Source: Eledone cirrhosa (taxonomy: Eukaryota). From it: a DNA stretch of 64,000 nucleotides. Made by a program: the position numbers and the translations under genes. A model generated the notes under the pieces. That model did not search any database and was not told the origin of the DNA. It saw only the letters and a program-made list of their open reading frames with translations. Each line of letters begins with the position of its first letter. Positions within the stretch are counted from its first letter, which is position 1. The stretch is from positions 124,001 to 188,000 of the forward strand of contig CAXHJY010000304.1 in assembly GCA_964016885.1 (NCBI GenBank), read 5' to 3'. This document shows, in pieces, positions 12,745 through 26,040 of the stretch.

Positions 12745-12809
12745 CTTTCTTATATATATTTCAAAGGTACTGTGTTTTTTTTTTTTCAGTACGTCTTCAT
12801 CAGATAAAA
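12745..12809 (-). ncRNA. Minimal hammerhead ribozyme motif (mirror copy)
   Basis: Near reverse complement of the motif at 15600-15663. Confidence 0.6.
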
Positions 12810-15599
12810 TATATGATTTGATATATGACATACCGCTACAGTTTTGATTATACAATTCCAGTATTGGCAGTGATTTATTTCATCAAATCTCAATGTTTAT
12901 ATACCACAAAGTATGATAAACTTAAGTATGATAAACTTAAAGAAAAAAAGGACGTAGAGCAAATTAGAGATATGAGAGAGGGTGTAAATAGGAGGAAAGG
13001 CAAGAAAAAATAAATAAATACATATATAAATACATACATAAATAGATAAAAGAATGAATGAGTAAAAAAAATATATAAAAAAGAAGAGAGGAATAACGAC
13101 AAAAGATGGAAAGTGCAAGGAAAGTAAAAGGAACAGAGGGGGTAAAGTGAAATAAAGAAAAATAAAGGAAGCATCAAATAGAGGGGGCTAGAGAAAAAAA
13201 CCGTTGTTTTCAAATGCTCAATCAAATAGGACATCCAATCAATTCAACTAAACAATTGAATATCTTTAGTATTTGATTATGCATTAGCTAATTATACTTA
13301 TATATTATATCAAAATTAATTATTTCAAAATTAATTATTTCAAAATTAATTATTTCAAAATTAATTATTTTCTATAGCAATCACATATATCGTTTAATTA
13401 AAAATTTATATAATTTAATTTAACTCATTATAAATAATTATTTTTAATTTTAAGGTAAGATATTCTATAAATATTTAGTTACAACTTTAAAAGAATTAAT
13501 TTTTAAAGCGTATTTAAATAATTATTACATATGCATTAAAATCTAATACCATACATAAATCAGCATCAATACATATAATATATTTAGATCCTATATTACT
13601 CAAATTATTTAATTATGATATTCTCTTTATAAAATCTTCACTATTCTTCAATTTTCATTTAATTTCTAGGATTAAACTGCAGTTACATTTACTCTCAAAA
13701 GTTTAATTTCATTAATTTAATGAAAGGTTATTTTTACTTCTGTATTTACTTATTTTGATATATAGTTTCATTTTAATGATAGTCTGTATATTATTACTCT
13801 ACACATTTCAAAACTAATATAATTCAACAAGCTAGTCAAAAAGAAAGGAAATTTTGAAAACCATAAATCATCTATTGCAAATATCATAAAAGATGTCTAG
13901 TAAAATATTGAACTATCCTAATCAAAACAAAGGATAACGAGACTCTTAATGAAATAATTCTAATACATATAAATAACTTATTACCACAATAAGGCAAAAA
14001 CATATATATATTAAATTATTAATTGACAATATTTTTTCGAAACTTATACAATGCTTGGAAAGTTTTACCAATTTTATGGTGACAACTACTGAATAATTCG
14101 TTTTTTTTTTAATTAAATTCTCATAATTTGTAATTACCTGTAGAGTCTCGAAGTTACAAAGATTGCAATCTTGCAAAACAGTTGCGTTCTGATAGGAATT
14201 GGTTTTCTTTAACTTGGTCCAAAAGATGAAGTATTTAGTATTATTGTCCTTTAAAGACCATATTAATTGTGAAAGTGAAGTTGAAAATTTCTTATCCGGT
14301 TTAGTAAAAGACTGTCTGTGATTATACCAACGTTCCTTAACTTTAGATGAAGTGGCACCAATATACTTATATATATTATTATTTGTCTTAATGGTACATT
14401 TATATACTATATTCTTGTCAAGGACATTCGGACTTCTTTCTACAATTACATTTCTTGCCTCAAGTGTCCTTTAGATGATTTATGGTTTTCAAAATATTGC
14501 GGAATGTGTGAGTAGAGATATGTTATAAATGTTTATATGGTGAATGAGTTATCCTCCTTTTGTTTACATTGTCCATAAAAATGTCCTTTCTTTTTAACTA
14601 ACTTGCTGAATTATATTAGTTTTGAAATATGTAGACTAATAATATACAGACTATCATTAAAATGAAACTATATATCAAAATAAGTAAATACAGAAGTAAA
14701 AATAACCTTTCATTAAATTAATGAAATTAAACTTTTGAGAGTAAATGTAACTGCAGTTTAATCCTAGAAATTAAATGAAAATTAAAGAATAGTGAAGATT
14801 TTATAAAGAGAATATCATAATTAAATAATTTGAGTAATATAGGATCTAAATATATTATATGTATTGATGCTGATTTATGTATGGTATTAGATTTTAATAC
14901 ATATGTAATAATTGGTTAAATACGCTTTAAAAATTAATTCTTTTAAAGTTGTAACTAAATATTTATAGAATATCTTACCTTAAAATTAAAAATAATTATT
15001 TATAATGAGTTAAATTAAATTATATAAATTTTTAATTAAACGATATATGTGATTGCTATAGAAAATAATCTATACTGATTAATTTTGATATAATATATAA
15101 GTATAATTAGCTAATGCATAATCAAATACTAAAGATATTCAATTGTTTAGTTGAATTGATTGGATGTCCTATTTGATTGAGCATTTGAAAACAACGGTTT
15201 TTTTCTCTATCCCCCTCTATTTGATGCTTCCTTTATTTTTCTTTATTTCACTTTACCCCCCCCCCCCCCTCTGTTCCTTTTACTTTCCTTGCACTTTCCA
15301 TCTTTTGTCGTTATTCCTCTCTTCTTTTTTATATATTTTTTTTACTCATTCATTCTTTTATCTATTTATGTATGTATTTATATATGTATTTATTTTTTTT
15401 TTCTTGCCGTTCCTCCTATTTACACCCTCTCTCATATCTCTAATTTGCTCTACGTCCTTTTCTTCTTTAAGTTTATCATACTTAAGTTTATCATATTATT
15501 TGTGGTATATAAACATTGAGATTTGATGAAATAAATCACTGCCAATACTGGAATTGTATAATCAAAACTGTAGCGGTATGTCATATATCAAATCATATA

Positions 15600-15663
15600 T
15601 TTTATCTGATGAAGACGTACTGAAAAAAAAAAACACAGTACCTTTGAAATATATATAATAAAG
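15600..15663 (+). ncRNA. Minimal type I hammerhead ribozyme motif
   Basis: TTTTAT-CTGATGA-stem II (AG..GTACTG/CAGTAC..CT)-GAAA-TATATA-TA-ATAAAG. Confidence 0.65.
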
Positions 15664-15725
15664 CATATATTTTGATTATGTGATTATCTTTCATTTGTTA
15701 ATATTTTGAATAATATATATATTAT

Positions 15726-16062
15726 GGAGGCATATGGCTTAGTGGTTAGAGCATTGGCCTTGCAATTGAAAGGTTGTGAGTTCAATTCTCAGCCCGGGTG
15801 ATGTGTTGTTTCCTTGAGCAAGACACTTTATTTCACATTGCTCCAGTTTACTCAGCTGTAGAAATGAGATGATAGGGACTGAGGTCCATATCATTCCACT
15901 GTAAAGTGGTCGTGGAGGTGCCATGGCAAAAAAGTACCCAGCACTCACTGTAAATGAGGTTGGTGTTAGGAAGGGCATCCAGCTGTAGAAATCAAGCCAG
16001 AATCAGTTCCCGTCCCACCCTTGCAAGCAGGGAAAAGCGGACGTAAAATGATGATGATGATG

Positions 16063-16063
<1 letters not shown>
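15726..16063 (+). mobile_element. tRNA-derived SINE (family B) with RTE-type tail
   Basis: TGGCTTAGTGG A-box, GAGTTCAATTC B-box, central TCCTTGAGCAAGACACTT, tail shared with RTE 3' ends, and (ATG)n. Minus-strand copy at 54338-54673. Confidence 0.85.
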
Positions 16064-16098
<35 letters not shown>

Positions 16099-17114
16099 AT
16101 ACATATGTGTATGTGTGTATATATGTATTTTGTTATATATGTGTGTGTATGAGTGTGTGTCTGTGTGTATAACAAGGGTAAGTGATCGGAAGATAAAGTT
16201 GGTAAAGTTACAGAAATTTTCAAGCTTAATGCAGTTCAACAATCAGCAAAAAGATTGAATAAATTCGTCCAAATATCATCCATATGGAGTCAACATTGAG
16301 TAAACATATCCAGGTTATTTCTGATTTAGGCACGAGGCCAACAATTTGGTGGCGAAAGGAAAATCGATTAAATTCACTCCAGTGCATTACTGGAGCTTTA
16401 TTTTATCGAACATGTAAGGATGAAAGGCAAAGCTAACCTCATTGGGATTTGAAACCAGAACATAAAGGGACGTAACTCTATGCCGCAAAGCATGTTGTTC
16501 GATGCTCTACCAATTCTGCCAAACCACTGGCCAAGCAATTAAATAAGGAATTTTAAAGGAATTTAAGATATTTTTATTTGTCTTACATACGTTTCATCAA
16601 ATGAAATATGATGAATATTGTTAATGGAAGATTTTCATTAAGCTGCATTCCAAGATCCGAGCTTAACATATTTTCGACATCTCATTTGTATCTTCAAAGA
16701 CATTTAAAAATATATATAAATCATAAAAGCAAGTCTTCTTGGGAAAAATATCTGAGCATCAGAATATCATTATGATTACCGAAATAGATTATATTACTAA
16801 GGCTTTAAATTAAGGGGTGCAAAATTTGAATAAAAATAATGGTGTTTTTTTTTGTTTTTTTTTTAAGCATAGAGTTACTTCCCTTTATGATCTGAGTTCA
16901 AATCCCGCCGAGGTTAACTTTGCCTTTCATCCTTGCGAGGTCGATAAAATAAAGTATCAGGAATGCACTGGGATAATTGCTAGCCTTGTGCCAAAAGTAG
17001 AAACAATTATAATTATAATATTACATGTACATCCATGCATATGTGAATGTGTGTGTATGTGTGTGTGTGTGCCTTTGTGCTAAATGGGAGTCAGTAGAGC
17101 TAAGGAAACTGTCT

Positions 17115-17415
17115 CTTTTACTGGTTTCAATCATTAGACTGTGACCATGCTGGGACACCACCTTCAAGTCGATTACATCAACCACAGTACTTATTTTATT
17201 GATCTTTTTTGTCAAACCATTAAATTACAGGATATAAACACAGACATATACGAAGGGGCTTCAGCAATTTCTGTCTACCATATTTCACTCACAGGGCATA
17301 GGCCAATCCAAGCCTATAGTAAAAGACACTTGCCTAAGGTGTCCACGCAGTATGATTAAACCCAAAACCACATGGTTTTAAAGAGGACTCCTTAACCCCA
17401 GTCATACCTGTGCCT
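17115..17415 (-). mobile_element. Degenerate SINE (family C)
   Basis: A TTACTGGTTTC..TCATTAGACTG.G.CCATGCTGGG.CACC block recurs at 39170-39460, 50545-50595 and 52363-52520. The tRNA-like head is on the minus strand. Confidence 0.6.
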
Positions 17416-18379
17416 ACATATATCGACACTTACTCAAGTTGCTACACATTGAGACTAAACCCAAAACCACATGGTTGCAAAATGAACTGCTTCGTCACAC
17501 AGCTATGCCTGTGCCTATGTACCATGGGGCATATTGTAGAAAATGGAGGTAGTTAGGTTGAAGTTCTTCCTGAGAGTGGTATACAGTATACAATATGCTC
17601 CTATCCCAAACCAATATTCAATGGTGGGACTGGAATAACATTGCTGCTTGTCGCCTATGGAGATTATAAACCATTCAAGCATGTTCTGGCAGCATGAAAG
17701 TCATACTTTGTAGAATTTTCTTGGTGACACAACAAAGTCTTGGATATATCATGTTCTGGTAGCATATAAGTCATCGTTCACTGATGCACTAAAACAGCAA
17801 TGCAGCTGTGTTAATGCAATGAACATCAATACTGGCTGCACTCTGTTACCTTCCACAAGGAAGATGAGAAAGAACAATGTAGGAGGATAAATGAAGGAAA
17901 GCCGATACACAGTCTTCTGCATGGGGTTAAGGATTAGGTGGTGCAGGTGAATTTGAAGGAAGTGCTCTTATTTCCAAAACCATATTGCAATAACAGAACG
18001 ATGCCCAGGCAATTATGGCATGGTTGACTTTTACAAAAAACATCCTGATGAAGATTGAGAAGGCAATATAGAATTATTACTTGAAAGAAACTCTCTGTGC
18101 TCTGGGTTCAAAATTTGCTAGGGTCAACTTTGCCTTTTATTCTTTTGGCATCAATAAAAAAGTAATAGTTCAGTATTGGAGGTGATTCTTCAACCAGACT
18201 TTTCCCCTGGTAGCATCAATGCTACTTGATACTACTGGACGGAGTCATACTGTCAGAAAGTACCAAAATCATTGAGATCGCAGGTCAATAACTAACAAAG
18301 AGTGTGTCCCACAGTGCAATGTTGTATGTATAATATAATATAATATTATATAATATAATATAATACAATATAATATAGG

Positions 18380-18466
<87 letters not shown>

Positions 18467-18819
18467 TATATTCAGTACAAGTCATATATGTATAATTACA
18501 CCTGTATACATAAATGAGCATATATACACATACACAGGAATACATTCAAGCAAATATAAATAATTCTTTGTGTAGAGAGTAATACATAGACCCATTGTGT
18601 AACAATAAAAGATACATAGACTTACTCACATATATAGACACACCGACATAGACAATTCAAGACAAGCAAGCATACCCCCACACATGTATGCAACACAAAA
18701 CATACATACATAGATTCATTCATACATACATACATACATACATACACACATACATACATACATATATATATGTGTGTGTGGATGTGTATGTGCTTATACG
18801 CATGTGTGTGTGTTTGTGC

Positions 18820-19280
18820 TCATGTGTAGTATAGTGATGGTAATTATGAGGATTATGAAGATGAGGTTGGTGATGATGGTGGTGGAGGTGGTGGTGGTGG
18901 TGTGGCAGCAGCATTGGTGGTTTTAGTAGTGGTGACGGTGCTGCTGGTGTTAGCAGTGGTAATGAGGACGATAATAGAGATGAGGATGATGATGAGGATG
19001 AAGATGAAGATGGTGATGATAATGTTATCATCATCCTACGCAAAACACCACTGATGAAGACAATGGTTGTAAAGAGGGCATGTCTTATGTGGTGGTCGTA
19101 GTGGTGGTGGTTGTGATAGTGCTTGTGGTAGTGATGGTGGGGATGATGGTGATGATGATGATGATGATAACAGTGGTGGTGGTGATAGGGGTGAATAAGA
19201 AGAGGAGAAGGATGTGATGGCATAATTATCACAAACCACACAACATCACCACACCACCACACTATACCACACCACACCAG
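18820..19280. repeat. Degenerate (GGT)/(GAT) trinucleotide tract; similar (CAT)n tract at 20030-20340
   Basis: Low-complexity sequence that gives poly-H/S/M/D ORFs in several frames. Confidence 0.85.
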
Positions 19281-19457
19281 ACCAGAAAGACAGACAGACA
19301 GATATGGACACAGAGAGCTCCATTGATTTGCCCAGTTTCAGTCATGTGACTCACACATCCCACTATCTTCAGAAGAACTATCTTACCATTCAAGAGCATT
19401 ACACCCCAAAGTAGTTGAGTGGAGCACATCCTCTGTATTATTGTGGACAACACTGAC

Positions 19458-19521
19458 ATGATGGTTTCTAGGTGCCAACAACTTTCCTCATTCTTTTTGT
19501 TGGTTGTACTAGCTTCCAGCT
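19458..19521 (+). CDS. Coding exon 1 (signal peptide) of an uncharacterised secreted/GPI-anchored protein
   Basis: ATGATG start, MMVSRCQQLSSFFLLVVLASS plus 1 nt, then a consensus GTAAGT donor at 19522. Phase 1 matches the acceptor at 25595. Confidence 0.72.
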
Positions 19522-19595
19522 GTAAGTAGACTTGACTTTTTTGGGGGGTTTTCCTTGTAGTTGTATATTTGACTTTATTTTCTTTTGCTAGTTAA

Positions 19596-19817
19596 CCCTT
19601 TAGTATTTACATTACTCTATTCTTTTCTATTATATTTTCACGGTAAAGTGTTTACCTCACATAATTATCTCACATAATATCAAATCTGCAAGATTTTGAT
19701 ATTATTTATTTTGAGAATCATACCTTAACATCAGTATGAGAGGCTGGTTATAACCAGTTTGAACAGAAAGAGGTGAGAGAATTCTGGCCAGATATGGCCA
19801 GTTTAAATGATAAAGGG
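19596..19817. mobile_element. piggyBac-like MITE, second copy
   Basis: TTAA|CCCTTTAG...TAAAGGG|TTAA; reverse-complement homologue of 6678-6898. Confidence 0.78.
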
Positions 19818-20053
19818 TTAAGGTGTTAGATTCAAGATCATATCATGAGTTCAATTCTTGGACTGGGCAGTGTATTGTGTTATTGAGAAAAATACTTTAC
19901 TTCACATAGCTCCCTCTGCCAGTAATTGGGACTGGCAGATAGTATCAGCAATGGAAAGAGCAATGGAAATATTATTCCTTTACTCTGATCTGACAATCAG
20001 CTCCTTTCCCCTCCTTTACTATAGTAATCATAATCATTATCCCTTTCATCACT

Positions 20054-20096
<43 letters not shown>

Positions 20097-23000
20097 CTGT
20101 CATCCTCAACATCATCATTATTACAGTCCCAAATTTTCCATCAACTTCTTTTTTATCACCTTCATCTTTGTTATCATCGTTATCATAATTGCTGTCTTCA
20201 TCATTTTTGTTATCATTGTCACTGCTATCTTCATCATCATCATTTTCATTAACATCACTATCATCATCATCATCATTTTTATTGCTTGTATTCATCATCA
20301 TCATTACCACAATCATGATCAGCATATCTACTTTATCTTTCATGCTGACTGGATGCTGGTTGGATAGGTCTAAAATGTGTGTTAAATATTTCTTGTTATG
20401 TTATTTACAAGGCCCAACATATCATTTGCAGGGCCTCACTTTGATAATTAAAACACAAAGGCTATATAATTTTGTTAGAAATATCGTAATGACGTAATGA
20501 AAAGTTTAAGCAGCAGAACATAAAAACATCCTCTTGCTCATGAGGTCATAAGTTTAATTTCCAGCAACACATTATGCCCTTGAGCAAAACACTTTATTTC
20601 ACATTGACCTGTCAATTCAGCTCAAAAATGAGATGAACTTGTAATTCAAAAGCTAGCCATGCCATACAGAATCTCCTTGAGACTTACATTAAGGTTACAT
20701 ATATTTGTGAAATATTCAGCTACTTGCATGTGAGCAGGCTGTTCCGTTGATCATATTAACTGGAACACTCAATGGTGAAACAAATGGAGGTTCAACAACA
20801 TCTGTTTGTTTCATTGTAATCTTTTTTGTTTTGTTTTTTTCTTTTATCTTATTTTGAATTCTGCTTATCATTTACAAGTTTTTAATTATTATCGGGGATG
20901 GGTGGTAATCTGCGCTTCTTCCTATATTGTTATTGCTGTATTGAACCTTTAGGATTGAAACTATTCTTCCAAATTGGGGTCTTTCTCTGTGAATATTTAA
21001 TAAATTCTGTTAAATTCAAGTGGTTTTCTTTAGATAAACATAGGAACATAAGCATTTTAATGCCGTTTTCCTAAAAAAAAGTAGAGATTAGCCTTGTGGG
21101 CCCCATAACAAATTTCATATTCCTCATCATGAGTGCATTTCTCAGGCAAAATTTTACAGCCAGATGTCCTTCCTGGTGCCAACATCTTTAGTCACCTATT
21201 AAGGCAGATAGAGATTCAGTGTATGTTCAATGGAACAGCCTGATCATGAAGTTAACATGTAAGTGGTTGAGCATTCTACCAACACCCATACCCTTAACGA
21301 AGTTCTCAGGGAGATTCAGCATGACAGAGAATGTGTCAAGGCTGACCCTTTGAATTACTGGTACAATTCCTTTTTGCCAGCTCAGACCACTAGAGCAACA
21401 TGATATAAAGTATCTTACTGAAAGACAGAATGTGCTGCCAGGAATCAAACTCGTGACCTGAAGAACATGAGTATGTATGTATATATACATACACATATAC
21501 ACACAGATACGTTTGGGCAAGTGTATAGGTAGTAGTATGAATATAGTTCATATTCATTTTCAGAATATCTTAAAATAACTTTTTTTCTAAATTGTTAGTT
21601 CAATCTACTTTACATTTACCACATCTATTATATTTGCAATAAACCCATGCTAGCATGGAAGATAGACATTAAACGACGATGATGATGATGATGATGGTGA
21701 TACTGTCATGTAAAATTATTTTCAGTAGTCTGGACTGCAGGAATTTCCAAAACTCAGAGTAGCAACAAATTATAATCTCAGTAAGTTGATTTAGATGGGT
21801 GTTTGGGTGCTATTTCTAGCCTGTCATATTGTCTTGATATATAGAGATATATGTTAATTAGTAGTTCAATGATGCAAGCTTTTGGACACCAAGCAGTTTT
21901 GACAACGATATGATCTGTATGCTATCTATTCAATATTTTCTCTACTTCCAAAGAATTTCCTCCTGAAGACAGAATAATTTTTCTAATACTGGTTGTTTTA
22001 ATTTATTCAGATAATTAATTGTTTCTTAATTCCAGAAACTGCACTTGGGGTTAGTAGGTTAATATATGAGTAAAACTGACTTATTTTAGTTTGTCTAACT
22101 TATATCGCCCCCTCCCTGTTGAGATTTTGGCTAACGTTTAATATATGTATGTGTGTAGGTGTATAATTTTATATATATATGTGTGTGTGTGTTTCAAAAT
22201 AGAAAATTCAATCAAATTTAACCCTTTTGCTACTATACAGCCTGAAACTGCCTTGATTCCATGATACAAAGCTGTTTGTTTTAAAGTCTTTATATTTATC
22301 TAAAAATCTCCCATCACAATTTTATGTAAGAAGCTTTGTTAAGTTATGTATCACACACCAGCTTAATAATGAGAAAATTAGTTATAATACTAAATTCTTC
22401 AAAATTCTTGCTTATTTTCAAAATGAATTGAAAATCATATATAGTGTCTTTCATTTGCAATATATATATGAAAAAGTTGATAAAAAGATTTACAAGAAGT
22501 CTTGAAAAGAGATTTCAGTTTTTTAATCTTTGATATAAGAAGGAAATCTGGTTCTAAAAAGACATTGAAAGTTTGTCCTAAAGCAGAACGTAGGGAAATT
22601 TGAGAGAAAAAAAAGCAACCTAAAAAAACTACAGCAATTGTCTGCATAACCAACAAGCTAAGTAAACAAATTACAATAAGACATGAAATGTCATGTGTTA
22701 TCTGTTCCAACTGTTTTTTCTGAGTTTAAATCCTAGGACCTACTCCTGTTGTAGACTTAATTTATCACTTTATTTAACAATACATCCTGTTCTCTGGTTT
22801 GAGGATACCTACATCACTTTCTCTCTACAAATGGTTTTGGAGGAACTGAAAAAGGTCATTGGCACTGCCTTTCACATGCTGACTAAATAATTTTAAATTA
22901 AAATAACAATAAAAAGATATTAAACAGAATTATTGTCATTTTTATGTCTTTCCATATTTGCATGGGTTTAGTCAAATCATCTCCAGAACAGCATCTCTCC

Positions 23001-24169
23001 ACTTGTTTCTTTCTTTTGTCATTTCCTCTGTAGTTTCTCGTGGTCAACTTTCACCTCCTCTGCCCATGCATTTCTTGGTCTTCCTCTTCCACTTCAAACT
23101 TCTAGCATTTCTTCAACCAGCAATTATCATCCATATGCATTACATTCATGTACCAGTGCAATCTTCTTTCTTACATGCAACATTTGATAACTCTTATGCC
23201 CAGCTTTTCTTTCAACTCATCTGAATCATAGAAAGTGACTCATATATAGATCCACAGAGATCTTCTTTTGAGAAAATCAAGGACCAATTTCTACTGTAGT
23301 ATATCCGAAGGTCTATGTCTCACACACTTCTTTTTATCTGCATTAACTCTTATCTTCTTGAAATGATTTAGCAGGAAATATCTAAAAATGGTTTCTTAAT
23401 TCACATGTTTATAGTATCTTTACGAGTGGACAGATTGTTGAGATAATTTTAATATTGGTGTAAGGACCTTGTTTTTTTTATTATTAACATCTTGCAATGA
23501 TTCAGCAGAAAATATCTAAAATTTAATTCACGTTTATAATTGTAAAATTTGAACTTTTCAAGAATATCTTGCTAATGGGATTCATTAATTCAAATGTTTA
23601 CATTATCTTTACTAGTAAACAGATGATTGTGAGAATTTCCAATATTAGAGTAAATACTTTAATTTTTAATGTTATGTAGTCATAATATGTCATAAGAATG
23701 TCTTACTAATGTAGTTTTATGTGGTATAGGATGTTAAGAATTAATAACACAACACACACACTTCTATACTCTTTTTAGATAATTTCTACTAAATCATTGC
23801 TAGGTGTTAAGATTAAAAAAAAACAAAGTCCTTACACCAATATTGCAATTTTCTACAAATAATAGCTTCCCTACGCTCTTTCCTCTGTACACTTCTGTAT
23901 ACAAATGTTTTGTTGTATGCAATCTAGACACTCACAGCAAACTTGCTCCACTTCCATTAACAGAGACCTCAACAACATCTTTTAACCCTTTCGACACTAA
24001 CCTGAAACCACTTCTGGTTTTATAATATAAAGCCTCTAATTTTAAATTGTTCATATTAAAATTCAAACCTGCCATTACAATTTTAAGTAAGAGACCTTTA
24101 AATTATGTTCCAATGTCTCATTAAAGCCCCTAAAACATGGAGGGACAAAACTTTTCAAGGCACTGACAG

Positions 24170-25310
24170 TTATCTGTCAGGAGATATGGGAAACAAAGCA
24201 GTGGCCAAAGGAATGGACCCAATCATTGATAATATCCATTCCCAAGACAGGCAACTTAAGACTCTGCCAGAATTACAGAACAGTCAGTCTAATTAACTAA
24301 TAAAATACTGCTAAGAGTTTGTCTAAATAGGTTTAAAGGGAAGGTAGAAGATATCCTTGTTGAAGAATAGGTAGGATTCAGGCCAAATATTAGTGCAATG
24401 GAGCAGATATTTAACATCAGATTGCTAACCAAGAAACTTCAGCAACACCAATCTGACCTCTATCATAATTTCATCGACTTCAAAAGAAACTTGTGGTTTG
24501 TGACAGGTGATGAAGGAATACAACTATGATAGCAACCTCATCCAAATAATCCAAGCACTGAACACAAATTCAAACAGTGTAGTTCTCATGAATAACAAAC
24601 ATCAGAGACTTCTTCAAGAGAACAGTTGGACTTCAACAAGGATGTCTCCTCTTTCTGGTGCTTATCAACATCTTCTTGGAGAACATAATGCAAGAAACAC
24701 TCCAAACTTCCACACTTCTGCTTCTATTGAAGGATGGTCTCTTTCCAATCTATACTTTACTGATGATATTAACTTGTTATGAAGCAGTGAAGTAGAACTG
24801 CTGAAGCTTACCACCAGACTGGAAAGAGAGTCAGGATCATACAGAATCAGTTCAAAAAAGAGCAATGTTCTGGTTAATAGTCATAACCAAAATATAACAA
24901 ACAACATCATGTTGAACAATGAAAAACTTGAAGAAATGGATACCTTCAAGTACCTAGGATTTACTTTGACTAAAGATGGCAGATCACTAAAGGAGATAAC
25001 AAGACTCAGCTTGGCATCTTCCACCACGATGAAGCTGAACATCATAAGGAAAAGCAACTCTATTAGTTTTCAAACAAGGCTCAAATTGTTCAAAACCCTG
25101 GGGATTTAGATCCTTTTCATACAGCTTATATGGAATGTAGAATCCAGCTTTCAAGTACAAGTGTTTCAGAAGGCATCCCATATATAGAACACTAGACAAA
25201 TAACTATACTGGTCAAAAGGAGCCACTCTTTGCAATGGTGAAAAAAGAAAGCTCACTAGGTATGGTTATATATCCAGCTACAATACCATGTCTAAAGCCA
25301 TCCACAGGAC
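24170..25310 (+). mobile_element. Decayed RTE-clade LINE (RT region)
   Basis: Broken RT motifs (QNYRTVSLI, NFIDFK, QGCLL, LYFTDDINLL, TFKYLGFTLTKDG) with many stops and frameshifts. Confidence 0.8.
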
Positions 25311-25594
25311 TCCTACAGTTCTAGAAGTGTTTCATTCATATGAAATCATCAGGAAAGTGAATATATATATATGTAGTTCAGAATAACAGAAAACAAAAAA
25401 CAAACACAGGAGTAAATGTTACAAATATATATATATATGTTTTATTTATTTTCGTTATTTTTATGTATAAGTTACATTTAAAATTTAAAATGTCATGTTT
25501 GAGACACACACACACAAATTTGTGGCCTTATGCCTATATTAAGTATCAGTATATATATTTGTGTCATAACCTTAATTCTCTTTTTCTGTTTCAG

Positions 25595-26040
25595 TGATCT
25601 CCCTTGTCACAGCTGAGAAAAGACAATATGATAAAAATCCATCATGGTATGACCGTGACGGCTCAGCAGGCAACCGCAGGATGGGGAGCAACCCACGCGA
25701 TGACGGAGATCGAAGAGGCAACAACGGACGAGGTGACCGAAATGACCGAGGTGACCGAGATGAACATGGGGAGCAAGGCTCCCGTGAAGACCATATGGTT
25801 CATGTTGGCCGTGACGATCATAATGACCATGATGATCATGATAGCCATGACTATGAGTTAGAGCACTCTGACAATGATGGTCACAACCACAAGGGTCCTC
25901 ATTACCAAAGCACTGACAAAACCAGGACCCACACTGGAACCAGCAAAAACAGGAATGGTAGTGCTTCCATTGGTTCCCACATCACCTGGTTCCAAAGGAT
26001 TGTGTTGGCTGGATCTTCAATACTGATGGTCCTTATGTAA
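25595..26040 (+). CDS. Coding exon 2 (terminal) of an uncharacterised RGD- and His/Asp-rich protein with a GPI-type C-terminus
   Basis: Strong acceptor TTCTCTTTTTCTGTTTCAG; GC-richer open frame not resembling a transposon; completes the signal peptide (LISLVTA); ends NGSASIGSHITWFQRIVLAGSSILMVLM*. Confidence 0.78.

Larger units (their letters stand above)
12600..15716. mobile_element. Penelope-like element with inverted 3' arms (fold-back) and GIY-YIG relic on the minus strand
   Basis: About 12693-13849 is the reverse complement of about 14584-15716. The spacer, read on the minus strand, gives CNCRKKSECP..IVYKCTIKTNNNIYKYIGATSSKVKERWYNHRQSF...QDCNLCNFE. (TA)n on the outer flanks. Confidence 0.88.

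Noticed and set aside
12825-15526. Hydrophobic F/L/Y-rich ORFs duplicated on both strands
   Set aside because: Pyrimidine-rich PLE 3' region present twice because of the inverted repeat.
15726-15800. tRNA-like A/B boxes here and at the other SINE heads
   Set aside because: No complete cloverleaf; they continue into SINE bodies and tails.
18720-20497. His-, Ser-, Asp- and Met-rich ORFs
   Set aside because: Trinucleotide low-complexity tracts without splice or start support, unlike the exon at 25595.
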